Below, in pieces: positions 54,980 through 64,000 of a stretch of 64,000 nucleotides of DNA. Made by a program: the position numbers and the translations under genes. The notes under the pieces were generated by a model. It made no database searches, had not been told where the DNA came from, and was given only the letters and a program-made list of their open reading frames with translations. Origin of the DNA: Trueperaceae bacterium (lineage in GTDB: Bacteria > Deinococcota > Deinococci > Deinococcales > Trueperaceae); contig OZ243913.1 in NCBI GenBank assembly GCA_965213705.1, forward strand, positions 1,919,052-1,983,051, given 5' to 3'. The stretch's first letter is position 1. Every line of letters begins with the position of its first letter.

Positions 54980-56254
54980 TCACGCTGCTACGCCGCCCGC
55001 GACGCGCTCGAGCGCGTCCGCAAAAACCTCTAGCGCGTCGTAGATTTGCTTGGAGGTGACGACGAGCGGCGGAATCCAGCGAATCACGTTGCCGTAGGTG
55101 CCGCAGGTGAGCAGCAGCAGGTTGTTTTCCAAACACAGCGCGTGAACCGCTTTGCAGGTGTCCGGGTCGGGACGGCCGTCCGCGCGGCTGAACTCGGTGC
55201 CGACCATGAGACCGCGCCCGCGCACGTCACCCAAAACGGGGTAGTCGCGCTGCAAGTCGCGCAGGCCGTTCATCAATCGTTCACCCATCCTCGCGGCGTT
55301 TTCGGGGAGGTTTTCTTCCAACACCACCTCGACGGTCGCCTTGGCCGCCGCCAGCGGTAGGGCGCTGCCGCCGCCGTAGGTGCCGCCGTGGGTGCCGGGT
55401 TGCCACCGCTCCATGAGCGAGCGTGGCGCGGCAACTGCCGAAATCGGCAAACCGCTCCCCAGGCCCTTCGCCATGATGACGATTTCGGGCGTAATGTCGG
55501 CCTGTTCGAAACAGAACAGAGTGCCGGTGCGCCCGAAGCCGGTCTGCACCTCGTCCATCACCAGCAAGATGCCGTGCGCGTCGCAGATGCGGCGGAGTTT
55601 GTGCAGAAAACTTACCGGCGCGGGCACGTAACCACCCTCGCCCAAGACGGGCTCGATGACGATGGCAGCGGTTTCGTCCGGGGCGGTTTGGCTTTTGAGT
55701 AAGTGCTCGAGTTGTCGCACGCAAAAGTCGACCGTCGCCTGTTCGTCCCAGCCGTAAAAGTAGCTGTACGGAAAAGGCGTCACGAACACGCCGCCGGGCA
55801 AGGGTTGGTAGTGGTGGCGGTAGACGGTTTTCGAAGTCGTCATCGCCATCGTCTGCGCGGTGCGGCCGTGAAAGCTGCCTTGAAACACAATGATGTTCGT
55901 CCGCCCGGTCGCGTGCCGCGCGAGTTTGACGGCCGCTTCGGTCGCCTCCGCGCCGCTGTTGGAGAAAAAGAATGAGTCGATGCTAGGCGGTAAAAGGGGC
56001 TCGAGCGCCCCCGCCAACTCGTGCGCCAGCGGCAACGTGACGATGTTCATTTGCCCAAACAGCAGTTTTTCGGCCTGTTCCTGAAGCGCTCGAACAACCT
56101 TCGGGTGACAGTGCCCGGTATTCGTCACGCCGATGCCCGAGGTGAAGTCGGTGTAGCGCGTCCCGTCCGCATCGTACAGGTAAATCCCTTCGCCCCGCAC
56201 GGGCTTTACGGGGGTGAGGTGCGTCCACACCGGGGAGAGGTGATTTGCAGCCAT
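54980..56254 (-). CDS. class-III (aspartate aminotransferase family) aminotransferase
   Basis: 424 aa with SGIGVTNTGH, DEVQTGFGRTG and MAKGLGSG (PLP Lys). Confidence 0.9.
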   Translation of the reverse strand: MAANHLSPVWTHLTPVKPVRGEGIYLYDADGTRYTDFTSGIGVTNTGHCHPKVVRALQEQAEKLLFGQMNIVTLPLAHELAGALEPLLPPSIDSFFFSNSGAEATEAAVKLARHATGRTNIIVFQGSFHGRTAQTMAMTTSKTVYRHHYQPLPGGVFVTPFPYSYFYGWDEQATVDFCVRQLEHLLKSQTAPDETAAIVIEPVLGEGGYVPAPVSFLHKLRRICDAHGILLVMDEVQTGFGRTGTLFCFEQADITPEIVIMAKGLGSGLPISAVAAPRSLMERWQPGTHGGTYGGGSALPLAAAKATVEVVLEENLPENAARMGERLMNGLRDLQRDYPVLGDVRGRGLMVGTEFSRADGRPDPDTCKAVHALCLENNLLLLTCGTYGNVIRWIPPLVVTSKQIYDALEVFADALERVAGGVAA

Positions 56255-56335
56255 GCTCGACCTTCTTTCGCCAAACGTTGGCCTCAGCTTACCCTGTCTC
56301 GAGGCTTCGATTTGCCAAATCCGACGCCAAGCCTG

Positions 56336-57584
<1,249 letters not shown>

Positions 57585-57592
<8 letters not shown>

Positions 57593-58886
57593 CGGCGGGT
57601 TCTTTCGGCGCTTCTTCGCGCGCTTTTTGTAAGGACTCGAGCCTCGAGGCGAGCTTCCCCTCCCAGCCCTCGCCGTCGCCCTGGTAGTAGCGCTTGACGG
57701 GCATGTCTTCGGGAAAATAGCGCTGTGCGAAGCTGCCCGCGCGGTCGCTGAAATAGTAAGCGTAATCCTTGCCGTAGCCGAGCGACTTCATGGTGCCGGT
57801 GGGCGCGTTGCGCAGGTGGAGCGGAACTTCGGCGTTTGCAAAGGTTTCGGCGTCGGCTCGAGCCCGTTTCCAAGCCTCGTAAACGCTGTTGCTTTTCGGG
57901 GCAATCGCCAGGTAAACCGCGCACTCGGCGAGCGCCAGTTCGCCTTCGGGTTGGCCCAAAAACTGGGCCGCGTCGCGTGCGGCAATCGACAGGCGCAGCG
58001 CGTTGGGGTCGGCTAGGCCGACGTCCTCGCTGGCAATCCGCACCAAGCGCCGGGCGATGTACATGAGGTCTGCGCCCGCGCCCAACATTCGCGCCAGCCA
58101 GTACAGCGCGGCGTCTGGGTCGCAGCCGCGCACTGACTTGTGGAGGGCGCTGATGAGGTTGTAAAAGTGCTCGCCGCCCTTATCGAAGGCCATGCCTTTG
58201 ACCGACAACGCGCCGCGGACCGCCTCGAGACTCAGTTTGCCATCCTCTGCAAACCCCGAACTCAGCTCGAGCGCGTTCAAAGCTCGCCGCGCGTCGCCGT
58301 CGGCCCAGGCGACGAGGGCGTTCAGGGCGGCGGGCTCGAGTTGCAGCGCTCCGGCAAAGCCGTCGGGATGCGCCAGTGCTCGTTCTAACACCTCGCGGAT
58401 GTCGGCGGGCTCGAGGGCTTTCAGCACATAAAGCTGCATTCTCGAGCGCAGCGCGCCGTTGACCTCGAACGACGGGTTTTCGGTCGTCGCGCCGATGAGG
58501 GCGAGCGTGCCGTCCTCGACGAACGGCAGCAGCAAGTCCTGCTGCGCCTTGTTAAAGCGGTGAACCTCGTCCAAGAACAGCAGCGTGCGTTCGCCAGTTG
58601 TTTGCAGCCGTTCCGCCGCTTCCTGCGCGACTGCCCGCACCTCTTTCACGCCTGACGTCACCGCCGAAAGCCCCACGAAGTGCGCGCCAAACTGCCCCGC
58701 CACGAGCCGCGCCAGCGTCGTTTTGCCCACGCCCGGCGGCCCCCAAAACAGCATCGAGTAAAGACGCTTGTTGGCGACCGCGTTGTAAAGCGGTTTGCCC
58801 GTCCCGACCAAGTGCTTTTGACCCGCGACCTCCGCAAGCTCACGCGGGCGGAGGCGTTCGGCTAAGGGGGCGTGGGCCGTGGTCAT
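57585..58886 (-). CDS. rarA: replication-associated recombination protein A (MgsA/RarA AAA+ ATPase)
   Basis: [26 protein letters not shown].., Walker [10 protein letters not shown], Walker [15 protein letters not shown] at 58886. Confidence 0.9.
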
Positions 58887-59004
58887 GATTTTAGAGTCTA
58901 ACAGGCGGACAGACCAAGCCGAGTTTCGTCCCACTAAATTACAAGCTGAAATGTAGCTTGAGAGCCTTGTCAAGCTCGAGCCGTGGGTCTGCGCCGAACC
59001 TACT

Positions 59005-59214
59005 TCAGCGTGAAGGGTTCAGCTCGAGCCCCGCCAGTGGCTGAACAGGACACCGCATCCGCTCCTGCAGAGACGCCGAAGGGATGACCAACCCTTTTTT
59101 GTTGTGCCACAGGTCGGAATTGAAAGGGTCGCGGCACCATATTTCGTTGTCGGGGCCACACCACACAGCGTTGGGGAGGATAGCGGGTAGGAAGTCGTCG
59201 GCTGCGTCGTACAC
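59005..59214 (-). CDS. possible small hypothetical protein
   Basis: 69-aa ORF with a GTG start and GC-rich third codon positions. I recognised no family and the RBS is weak. Confidence 0.3.
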   Translation of the reverse strand: MYDAADDFLPAILPNAVWCGPDNEIWCRDPFNSDLWHNKKGLVIPSASLQERMRCPVQPLAGLELNPSR

Positions 59215-59333
59215 GCCTCAATGTAGGCTGAAGGGTCTTACAGAATCCTTAAGGAACGCGTCCGAGAAAAGGTTTGGGGGAGGGGTTCCAATCTTTACCT
59301 CGAGGACGTTTTGACGATAACGAGACGCGGCAG

Positions 59334-59873
59334 CTACATCGTTTTCGAGTCAATGAAGCTGAGCGTGTTCGAGCCGTAGGTTTTCCGCCTCGCCTCGAGC
59401 CCTTCTCCCTCACGCGACAAATTCAGCTCGAGCCCGGTCGGGTGCTGAAAGATGTAAAGCCCATCTTCACCTGTGACCTCGGCATCCAAAATCGTCTGGA
59501 AGATTTCGTTCAGCTCGAGTGGATAGGGTGGCGCGGCGAACACGACGTCGAACTTCTCCGAGGTTTGAACAAACTTGAGGGCGTCGCCTTGGATAGTTTT
59601 GGCCTCGAGCCCCAAAGCGTGGGCGTTTTGCCGGATGATGTTCGCCGCCGCCTTGTTGAGGTCGACGCAAGTGGCCCTCCAACCGCGGGAGGCGGCCTCG
59701 AGTCCAATCGCGCCCGAGCCGCTGTAGAGGTCTAAAAAGGTGCCGCGTTCGTAGAACGCCAAAATGTCGAACAGGGCTTCGCGCAAGCGGGAAGGGCTCG
59801 GGCGGGTGCCGCGTTTGGGGGTTTCCAAGCTGCGGCCTTTGGCCGTGCCGCCGATGATGCGAGGTTTTGCCAC
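59334..59873 (-). CDS. rsmD: 16S rRNA (guanine966-N2)-methyltransferase
   Basis: 179 aa with RIIGGTAKGRSLETP.., LDLYSGSGAIGLEA and FAAPPY motifs. Confidence 0.9.
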   Translation of the reverse strand: MAKPRIIGGTAKGRSLETPKRGTRPSPSRLREALFDILAFYERGTFLDLYSGSGAIGLEAASRGWRATCVDLNKAAANIIRQNAHALGLEAKTIQGDALKFVQTSEKFDVVFAAPPYPLELNEIFQTILDAEVTGEDGLYIFQHPTGLELNLSREGEGLEARRKTYGSNTLSFIDSKTM

Positions 59874-59890
59874 AGGGGATTATAAGGGAG
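59799..59890. repeat. 92-bp perfect direct repeat, copy 1 (rsmD codons 1-25 plus 17 nt upstream)
   Basis: 92/92 identical to 60744-60835 in a base-by-base comparison. Confidence 0.95.
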
Positions 59891-59903
59891 GTGTAGGAAA
59901 GAA

Positions 59904-60218
59904 TCAGTTATGGACTTGTAGCGCGTGAGGCTCGATACTTTGAATGATTTCGCTCTCGGCCTGCTGAGCCTGGAACAAGTCCCAGCGCGTTTGAAGGCTG
60001 AGCCAGAAGCCGGCGGAGTTGCCAAAGAACCTGGACAAGCGCAACGCCGTACTAGGTGTTATACCCCGGCGACCATTCACGATTTCGTTGAGCTGCTGAT
60101 AAGGCACACGTATAGCGTCTGCCAACTCGCGCTGGGTCAGGTTCATGGGAATCAAGAACTCCTCGAGCAGCATTTCACCTGGGTGCGTAGGTTGACGTTT
60201 GGTGGGTACTCCGACCAC
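59904..60218 (-). CDS. higA: HigA-family HTH antitoxin
   Basis: 104 aa. HPGEMLLEEFLIPMNLTQRELADAIRVPYQQLNEIVNGRRGITPSTALRLSRFFGNSAGFW is a canonical HigA/VapI sequence. Confidence 0.85.
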   Translation of the reverse strand: MVGVPTKRQPTHPGEMLLEEFLIPMNLTQRELADAIRVPYQQLNEIVNGRRGITPSTALRLSRFFGNSAGFWLSLQTRWDLFQAQQAESEIIQSIEPHALQVHN

Positions 60219-60248
60219 AATCGGCTCCTTTTTGGCACCTAGTTGTGA

Positions 60249-60434
60249 CTATGGCACAGAAATCTCGAGGTCTTTACAAATTTTCTTCACGAGATAATCG
60301 TTGACCTCACGATGCCTCGGCACGGTAGATGCCTTACCTTTGGAGCGGTTGATATAGACGGTATGACTACTACCTTCACGGAAAAACTCACAACCACTTT
60401 TCTCAAGGTGACGAACCAGGTCACGGCGCTTCAC
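60249..60434 (-). CDS. hicA: HicA-family mRNA interferase toxin
   Basis: 61 aa. MKRRDLVRHLEKSGCEFFREGSSHTVY..STVPRHREV. Confidence 0.9.
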   Translation of the reverse strand: MKRRDLVRHLEKSGCEFFREGSSHTVYINRSKGKASTVPRHREVNDYLVKKICKDLEISVP

Positions 60435-60649
60435 TACGCGGCGGTAAAAAAGGTTTCTTTAATAACCTTACGTCCTTTAAGACTTTCTTCTGCAAGCATA
60501 CGATTAGCCTCGAAAACAAACTCAACAGCTTCACGCAAGTTTTCGCGGGCTTCCTCGAGGGTGTTGCCTTGGGTGTTCGCCCCCGGCAGTTCTTCGATAA
60601 AGCCTATGTAGCCTTCAGGCACTTGCTCGAATACGGCTGTCAGCTTCAT
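60434..60649 (-). CDS. hicB: HicB-like antitoxin (UPF0150 fold only, no DNA-binding domain)
   Basis: 71 aa. EQVPEGYIGFIEELPGANTQGNTLEEARENLREAVEF. It overlaps the hicA start by 1 nt. Confidence 0.85.
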   Translation of the reverse strand: MKLTAVFEQVPEGYIGFIEELPGANTQGNTLEEARENLREAVEFVFEANRMLAEESLKGRKVIKETFFTAA

Positions 60650-60743
60650 AAACAGACTCTAGCACGCGGGCGGCTTTGCCACATAACAACCAAGCTCGCC
60701 GGCCGCTGGAAGCCCGAAGTGAGCAGCAAACGCGGACTGTAGG

Positions 60744-60835
60744 CGGGCGGGTGCCGCGTTTGGGGGTTTCCAAGCTGCGGCCTTTGGCCGTGCCGCCGAT
60801 GATGCGAGGTTTTGCCACAGGGGATTATAAGGGAG
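60744..60835. repeat. 92-bp perfect direct repeat, copy 2 (orphan rsmD 5' end)
   Basis: Identical to 59799-59890. It opens the chimeric ORF 60615-60818 (MAKPRIIGGTAKGRSLETPKRGTRP followed by unrelated sequence). Confidence 0.95.
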
Positions 60836-60885
60836 ACGAGGGGCAGTGCAGAAAAGCTAAAGCCTTTTGGTGTCTAGTCATGCTG

Positions 60886-61692
60886 TTAACGACGGTTGTA
60901 ACCAAATTCATTAGACAGAAGTTTCTTCTTCCAAAGTGCTTCTCTTGCAATGACCTCTTCTGATGTTGTCACTGAAGACAAAACCTCTAAAATTGCAAAC
61001 TTAAAATTTTCTTTGAAATAAGTTTCTGTTTTCTTTTCAAATAAAACTACCAAATCAACATTGTTTCCGTGAAAGTTGTGGATGTACTGAGTCCACCTTC
61101 CCCAAATACCGTTCACGCCATAGGCTGAACCAATATAATGCTTGCCGGTTGCTTTATCAGAAATTAGGTAGATACCGTAAACATTGCTTAAAGCAACTCT
61201 CCAGTCTCTTAGGTCATTTTTTACAATAAGCTCAATTTCACTAAAGCTATGGTTGATTTCGTCAAAGGATTTAAAGGGTTCACCTTTGAACTTGTGTTCG
61301 TAGATACCTGCTACCTTGCTATTTTCGTAGATATAACTAGGACTGAACACAGTTCCTCGACTGTTTTTGCCTTGATACTCAATGATCAGCCTACCGATTA
61401 AATCTTTATAAATTTCACAGGATTCAACTTCATAAGTGTCACCAGTTCTACTTATAATTTTAAAGACACCACCAAATAGAAACTTGTTGCCGTTCATTTG
61501 TGCGAAGCTAACAATGGAATCTTTTGGGAAGCGTTCTCTCGCATTCCCTTTGTAAATCTGCCAGTTGAGCCATTCTTGTTCAGAGCGTGCCAAAGCATGA
61601 AGAGGACGAGTACCCCCTGGTTCTGTCTTCGCCAAGTGAAAACGGTACTTCGAATCGTCATTTAGTTCTTGTATCAGCACACCTAAGTTCAT
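60886..61692 (-). CDS. GIY-YIG nuclease-domain protein with an unknown N-terminal domain of about 165 aa; low-GC foreign gene
   Basis: 268 aa. The C-terminal part reads GIYLISDKATGKHYIGSAYGVNGIWGRWTQY..EALWKKKL..GYN (GIY, YIG, Arg, Glu, Asn). Strong RBS AAGGAGGAATAATG. GC is about 35-40% by eye. Confidence 0.85.
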   Translation of the reverse strand: MNLGVLIQELNDDSKYRFHLAKTEPGGTRPLHALARSEQEWLNWQIYKGNARERFPKDSIVSFAQMNGNKFLFGGVFKIISRTGDTYEVESCEIYKDLIGRLIIEYQGKNSRGTVFSPSYIYENSKVAGIYEHKFKGEPFKSFDEINHSFSEIELIVKNDLRDWRVALSNVYGIYLISDKATGKHYIGSAYGVNGIWGRWTQYIHNFHGNNVDLVVLFEKKTETYFKENFKFAILEVLSSVTTSEEVIAREALWKKKLLSNEFGYNRR

Positions 61693-61798
61693 TATTCCTC
61701 CTTACTGAATTACACTTTAGCTCCAAACTGATGGATGTATAAACTGTATCGCACCCTGCGTTATGACACGTTTGAAAGCAGAGGGTTACCGCATTACT

Positions 61799-62527
61799 TC
61801 ACAACCCCAAATACGCCTTCTTCACCACCGGATTGCCCATCAACTCCTCCGACGGGCCGTGGATGACGAGCTTGCCATTCTCGAGCACATACGTCCTATC
61901 GCTTACTTTCAAAACTTGCATCACGTTCTGCTCGACCAGCAAAATCGGCAGGCCCGTCTCGGACACACGCCGAATCACGCCCATCACCTCTTTGACGAGC
62001 AGCGGCGCGAGGCCGAGCGAGGGCTCGTCCATGAGGAGCATCTTCGGGCGCAGCATGAGGGCGCGGCCGATGGCGACCATTTGCTGCTGCCCGCCCGAGA
62101 GCGCCCCGGCCATGTCTTTGCGCTTTTTGTGCAGGTCGGGGAACAGCTCGTAGACGCGCTCGAAACTCGCCGCGCGGTGTTTGCGGGCGGCGGGCAGGTA
62201 AGCGCCGAGCGACAAGTTTTCCTCGACCGACATGTTCGGGAACAGTTGCCGCCCCATCGGCACATGCGCGACGCCGAGGGCGGCTAAGTCGTGGGGCGAG
62301 CCGCTGCCGATCTTGTGGCCGTCGAATAGAATCTCGCCGCCCCAGGGCCGAATCATGCCGGAAATAGCGCGCAAAATGGTCGATTTGCCCGAGCCGTTAC
62401 CGCCGACGAGTCCGACCAACTCGTGCGAGCCGACCTCCAAACTCACCCCGAACACGACCTGCAACTCGCCGTAGCCGAGGTCGACGTTGTTGACCTCGAG
62501 AATCGGTTTGCCAGCCGCCTCACTCAT
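61799..62527 (-). CDS. livF: branched-chain amino acid ABC transporter ATP-binding protein (LivF-type)
   Basis: Walker A GGNGSGKST, signature LSGGQQQM, Walker B LLMDEPS. The ATG at 62527 overlaps the livG end. Confidence 0.9.
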   Translation of the reverse strand: MSEAAGKPILEVNNVDLGYGELQVVFGVSLEVGSHELVGLVGGNGSGKSTILRAISGMIRPWGGEILFDGHKIGSGSPHDLAALGVAHVPMGRQLFPNMSVEENLSLGAYLPAARKHRAASFERVYELFPDLHKKRKDMAGALSGGQQQMVAIGRALMLRPKMLLMDEPSLGLAPLLVKEVMGVIRRVSETGLPILLVEQNVMQVLKVSDRTYVLENGKLVIHGPSEELMGNPVVKKAYLGL

Positions 62528-63245
62528 CTTCCGCCCCACCCAAGTACGCCTCGATAACCTGCGGGTCGCTCGTAACCTGTTCGGGCGTCCCTTCGGCAAT
62601 CTGTTCGCCGAACGCCAGGACGATGACGTGGTTGCACAGTTCGATGATGGCCTTCATGATGTGCTCGACCATGATGACGGCCAGCCCGGTTTCGGTGAGG
62701 CCTTTGACAAAGGTAATCATTTCGGCCAGCGCAGGCGGGTTGAGGCCGGCCATGATTTCGTCTAAAAACAAGACTTGCGGCTTGACAGCGAGAGCCTTGG
62801 CAAGTTCCAAGCGTCGCCGCCGCGCTAAGTTGAGGTCGGCGGAGGGTTGGTCGGCGCGGTCGGCGAGTCCGACACGCTCGAGCGCGTTCCAAGCGACGGC
62901 CTCGGCCTCTTTGCGCGTGTTCGTTTTCAAAAAAGCCGGAACGAGGACGTTCTCGAGCACGGTCAACTCTTCAAACGGCCGTTCAATTTGAAAGGTGCGC
63001 CCCACGCCAAGGCGGACTCGAGCGTAAGGCGGCAAGTTGGAAACGTTTTTGCCGAGCAGCGTCACCGTTCCCGCAGACAACGGCACGTAGCCGGTGAGCG
63101 CGTTGAAGAGCGTCGTTTTCCCCGCCCCGTTCGGCCCGATGAGGCCCAGAATGTCGCCCTGCGGCAGCGTCAGCGACACGCCGTTGACGGCCGTCAGGCC
63201 GCCGAAGCGCACCACCACGCCCTCAGCTCTAAGCGCTTCTGGCAT
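62520..63245 (-). CDS. livG: branched-chain amino acid ABC transporter ATP-binding protein (LivG-type)
   Basis: Walker A GPNGAGKTT, the LivG-specific insert, and Walker B LFLDEIMAG. Confidence 0.9.
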   Translation of the reverse strand: MPEALRAEGVVVRFGGLTAVNGVSLTLPQGDILGLIGPNGAGKTTLFNALTGYVPLSAGTVTLLGKNVSNLPPYARVRLGVGRTFQIERPFEELTVLENVLVPAFLKTNTRKEAEAVAWNALERVGLADRADQPSADLNLARRRRLELAKALAVKPQVLFLDEIMAGLNPPALAEMITFVKGLTETGLAVIMVEHIMKAIIELCNHVIVLAFGEQIAEGTPEQVTSDPQVIEAYLGGAEDE

Positions 63246-63999
63246 AGCGTCTCCTTTTGAGCCGGTCAGTAAGTTCGCCGATGACGCCCTTCGGCAAAAA
63301 CAGCACCACGACGACGATTAAAACGCCGAAGATGAGCAGGTTCGCCTGCGCGAAGGCGGTGCGGAACACCTCGGCCGAAATGGTAATGAGCGCGGCCCCC
63401 GCCAGCGGTCCCCAAATCGTCCCGCGCCCGCCGATAATCGCGATGAGTGCGATGCGTACCGACAGCGGCAAAAAGAAGATGTCGTGAGGCTCGAGATACG
63501 ACAAAAACATGGCGTAAATACTCCCGCCCGCCGCCGTCAGCGCGCCGGAGAGCGCGAACGCCGCGAGCTTGACGTTGCGCGGGTTGATGCCCGCCGCCAT
63601 CGCCGACTCTTCGTCCTCGCGCACCGCGCGCATCCGGTAACCGAACTGGCTTTTGGAAAGGTAGATGACGAGCCCGATGAGGAGCGCTACATAAATGAGC
63701 GCCAGGTAATACTCGGTGCGACGTGAGAACAGGTCCAGCCCGAACGGCTCGGGCAGCGCGTAGATAAAAATCCCCTGCGCCCCGCCGGTAAACGAGCGCC
63801 AGTTGATGGCAACGAGTCGCAGGATTTCGGCGATGGCGATGGTCGACAGCACGAAGTACGAGCCGCGTAAACCGAAGGTCAGCGCGCCCCAGAGGAGCGC
63901 CAACAACGCCGCCAGCGCCATCCCGACGAGCAGCGTCCACCACGGCGCGACACCCCAGTTCGTCGCCCCGAGCCCGACCGCGTACGCCCCGATGCCCAC
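63229..63999 (-). CDS. livM: branched-chain amino acid ABC transporter permease (LivM-type), 5' end outside the window
   Basis: Multi-TM ORF open to the window edge. IGGRGTIWGPLAGAALI motif. Confidence 0.85.
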   Translation of the reverse strand: MGIGAYAVGLGATNWGVAPWWTLLVGMALAALLALLWGALTFGLRGSYFVLSTIAIAEILRLVAINWRSFTGGAQGIFIYALPEPFGLDLFSRRTEYYLALIYVALLIGLVIYLSKSQFGYRMRAVREDEESAMAAGINPRNVKLAAFALSGALTAAGGSIYAMFLSYLEPHDIFFLPLSVRIALIAIIGGRGTIWGPLAGAALITISAEVFRTAFAQANLLIFGVLIVVVVLFLPKGVIGELTDRLKRRRYARSA

Positions 64000-64000
64000 A

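Noticed and set aside
60615-60818. 67-aa ORF MAKPRIIGGTAKGRSLETPKRGTRP.. as an independent gene
   Set aside because: Its first 25 codons are the duplicated rsmD 5' end. The remainder is unrelated sequence that runs into hicB. It is a by-product of the 92-bp duplication.

Overview
GC-rich (about 60-65% by eye) chromosomal segment, very likely from the Deinococcus-Thermus phylum: the rpsF-ssb-rpsR-rplI operon carries the phylum-typical 278-aa double-OB-fold SSB. The backbone is housekeeping: a Zn/Mn ABC importer, ribosomal proteins, msrB, two MFS transporters, lexA, a Crp-family regulator, an NfuA-like protein, rfbABCD, ackA, rarA, rsmD, class-III aminotransferases and livFGM. Several accessory insertions interrupt it. 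(1) A 12.1-kb island sits in the 3' half of tRNA-Val(CAC), bounded by 45-bp direct repeats at 8558-8602 and 20668-20712. It carries an intact type I R-M system (hsdRMS), two PIN toxin-antitoxin pairs, a Fic remnant and a decayed DUF4011-type helicase-nuclease, and I found no integrase. (2) A hicB-hicA-higA cassette is bracketed by a perfect 92-bp duplication of the rsmD 5' end. (3) Two low-GC single genes are inserted: a GIY-YIG fusion protein, and a DUF2971-like gene wedged inside an aminotransferase gene string. The most unusual locus is 20.9-25.8 kb. There a secreted collagen-like protein, whose two Gly-X-Y blocks each end in a Cys-bracketed EF-hand-type loop, lies directly upstream of a secreted multidomain cyclophilin and downstream of an orphan RecA-like ATPase. 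Other oddities: an E2-acyltransferase-like protein that keeps the E3-binding domain but has no lipoyl domain and no catalytic His; a roughly 750-nt ORF-free, hairpin-dense spacer; a 50-nt dispersed element; and a several-fold excess of the palindrome CTCGAG in coding and non-coding DNA alike. No CRISPR array, rRNA gene or transposase was seen. All family assignments come from reading motifs by eye, with no database search.
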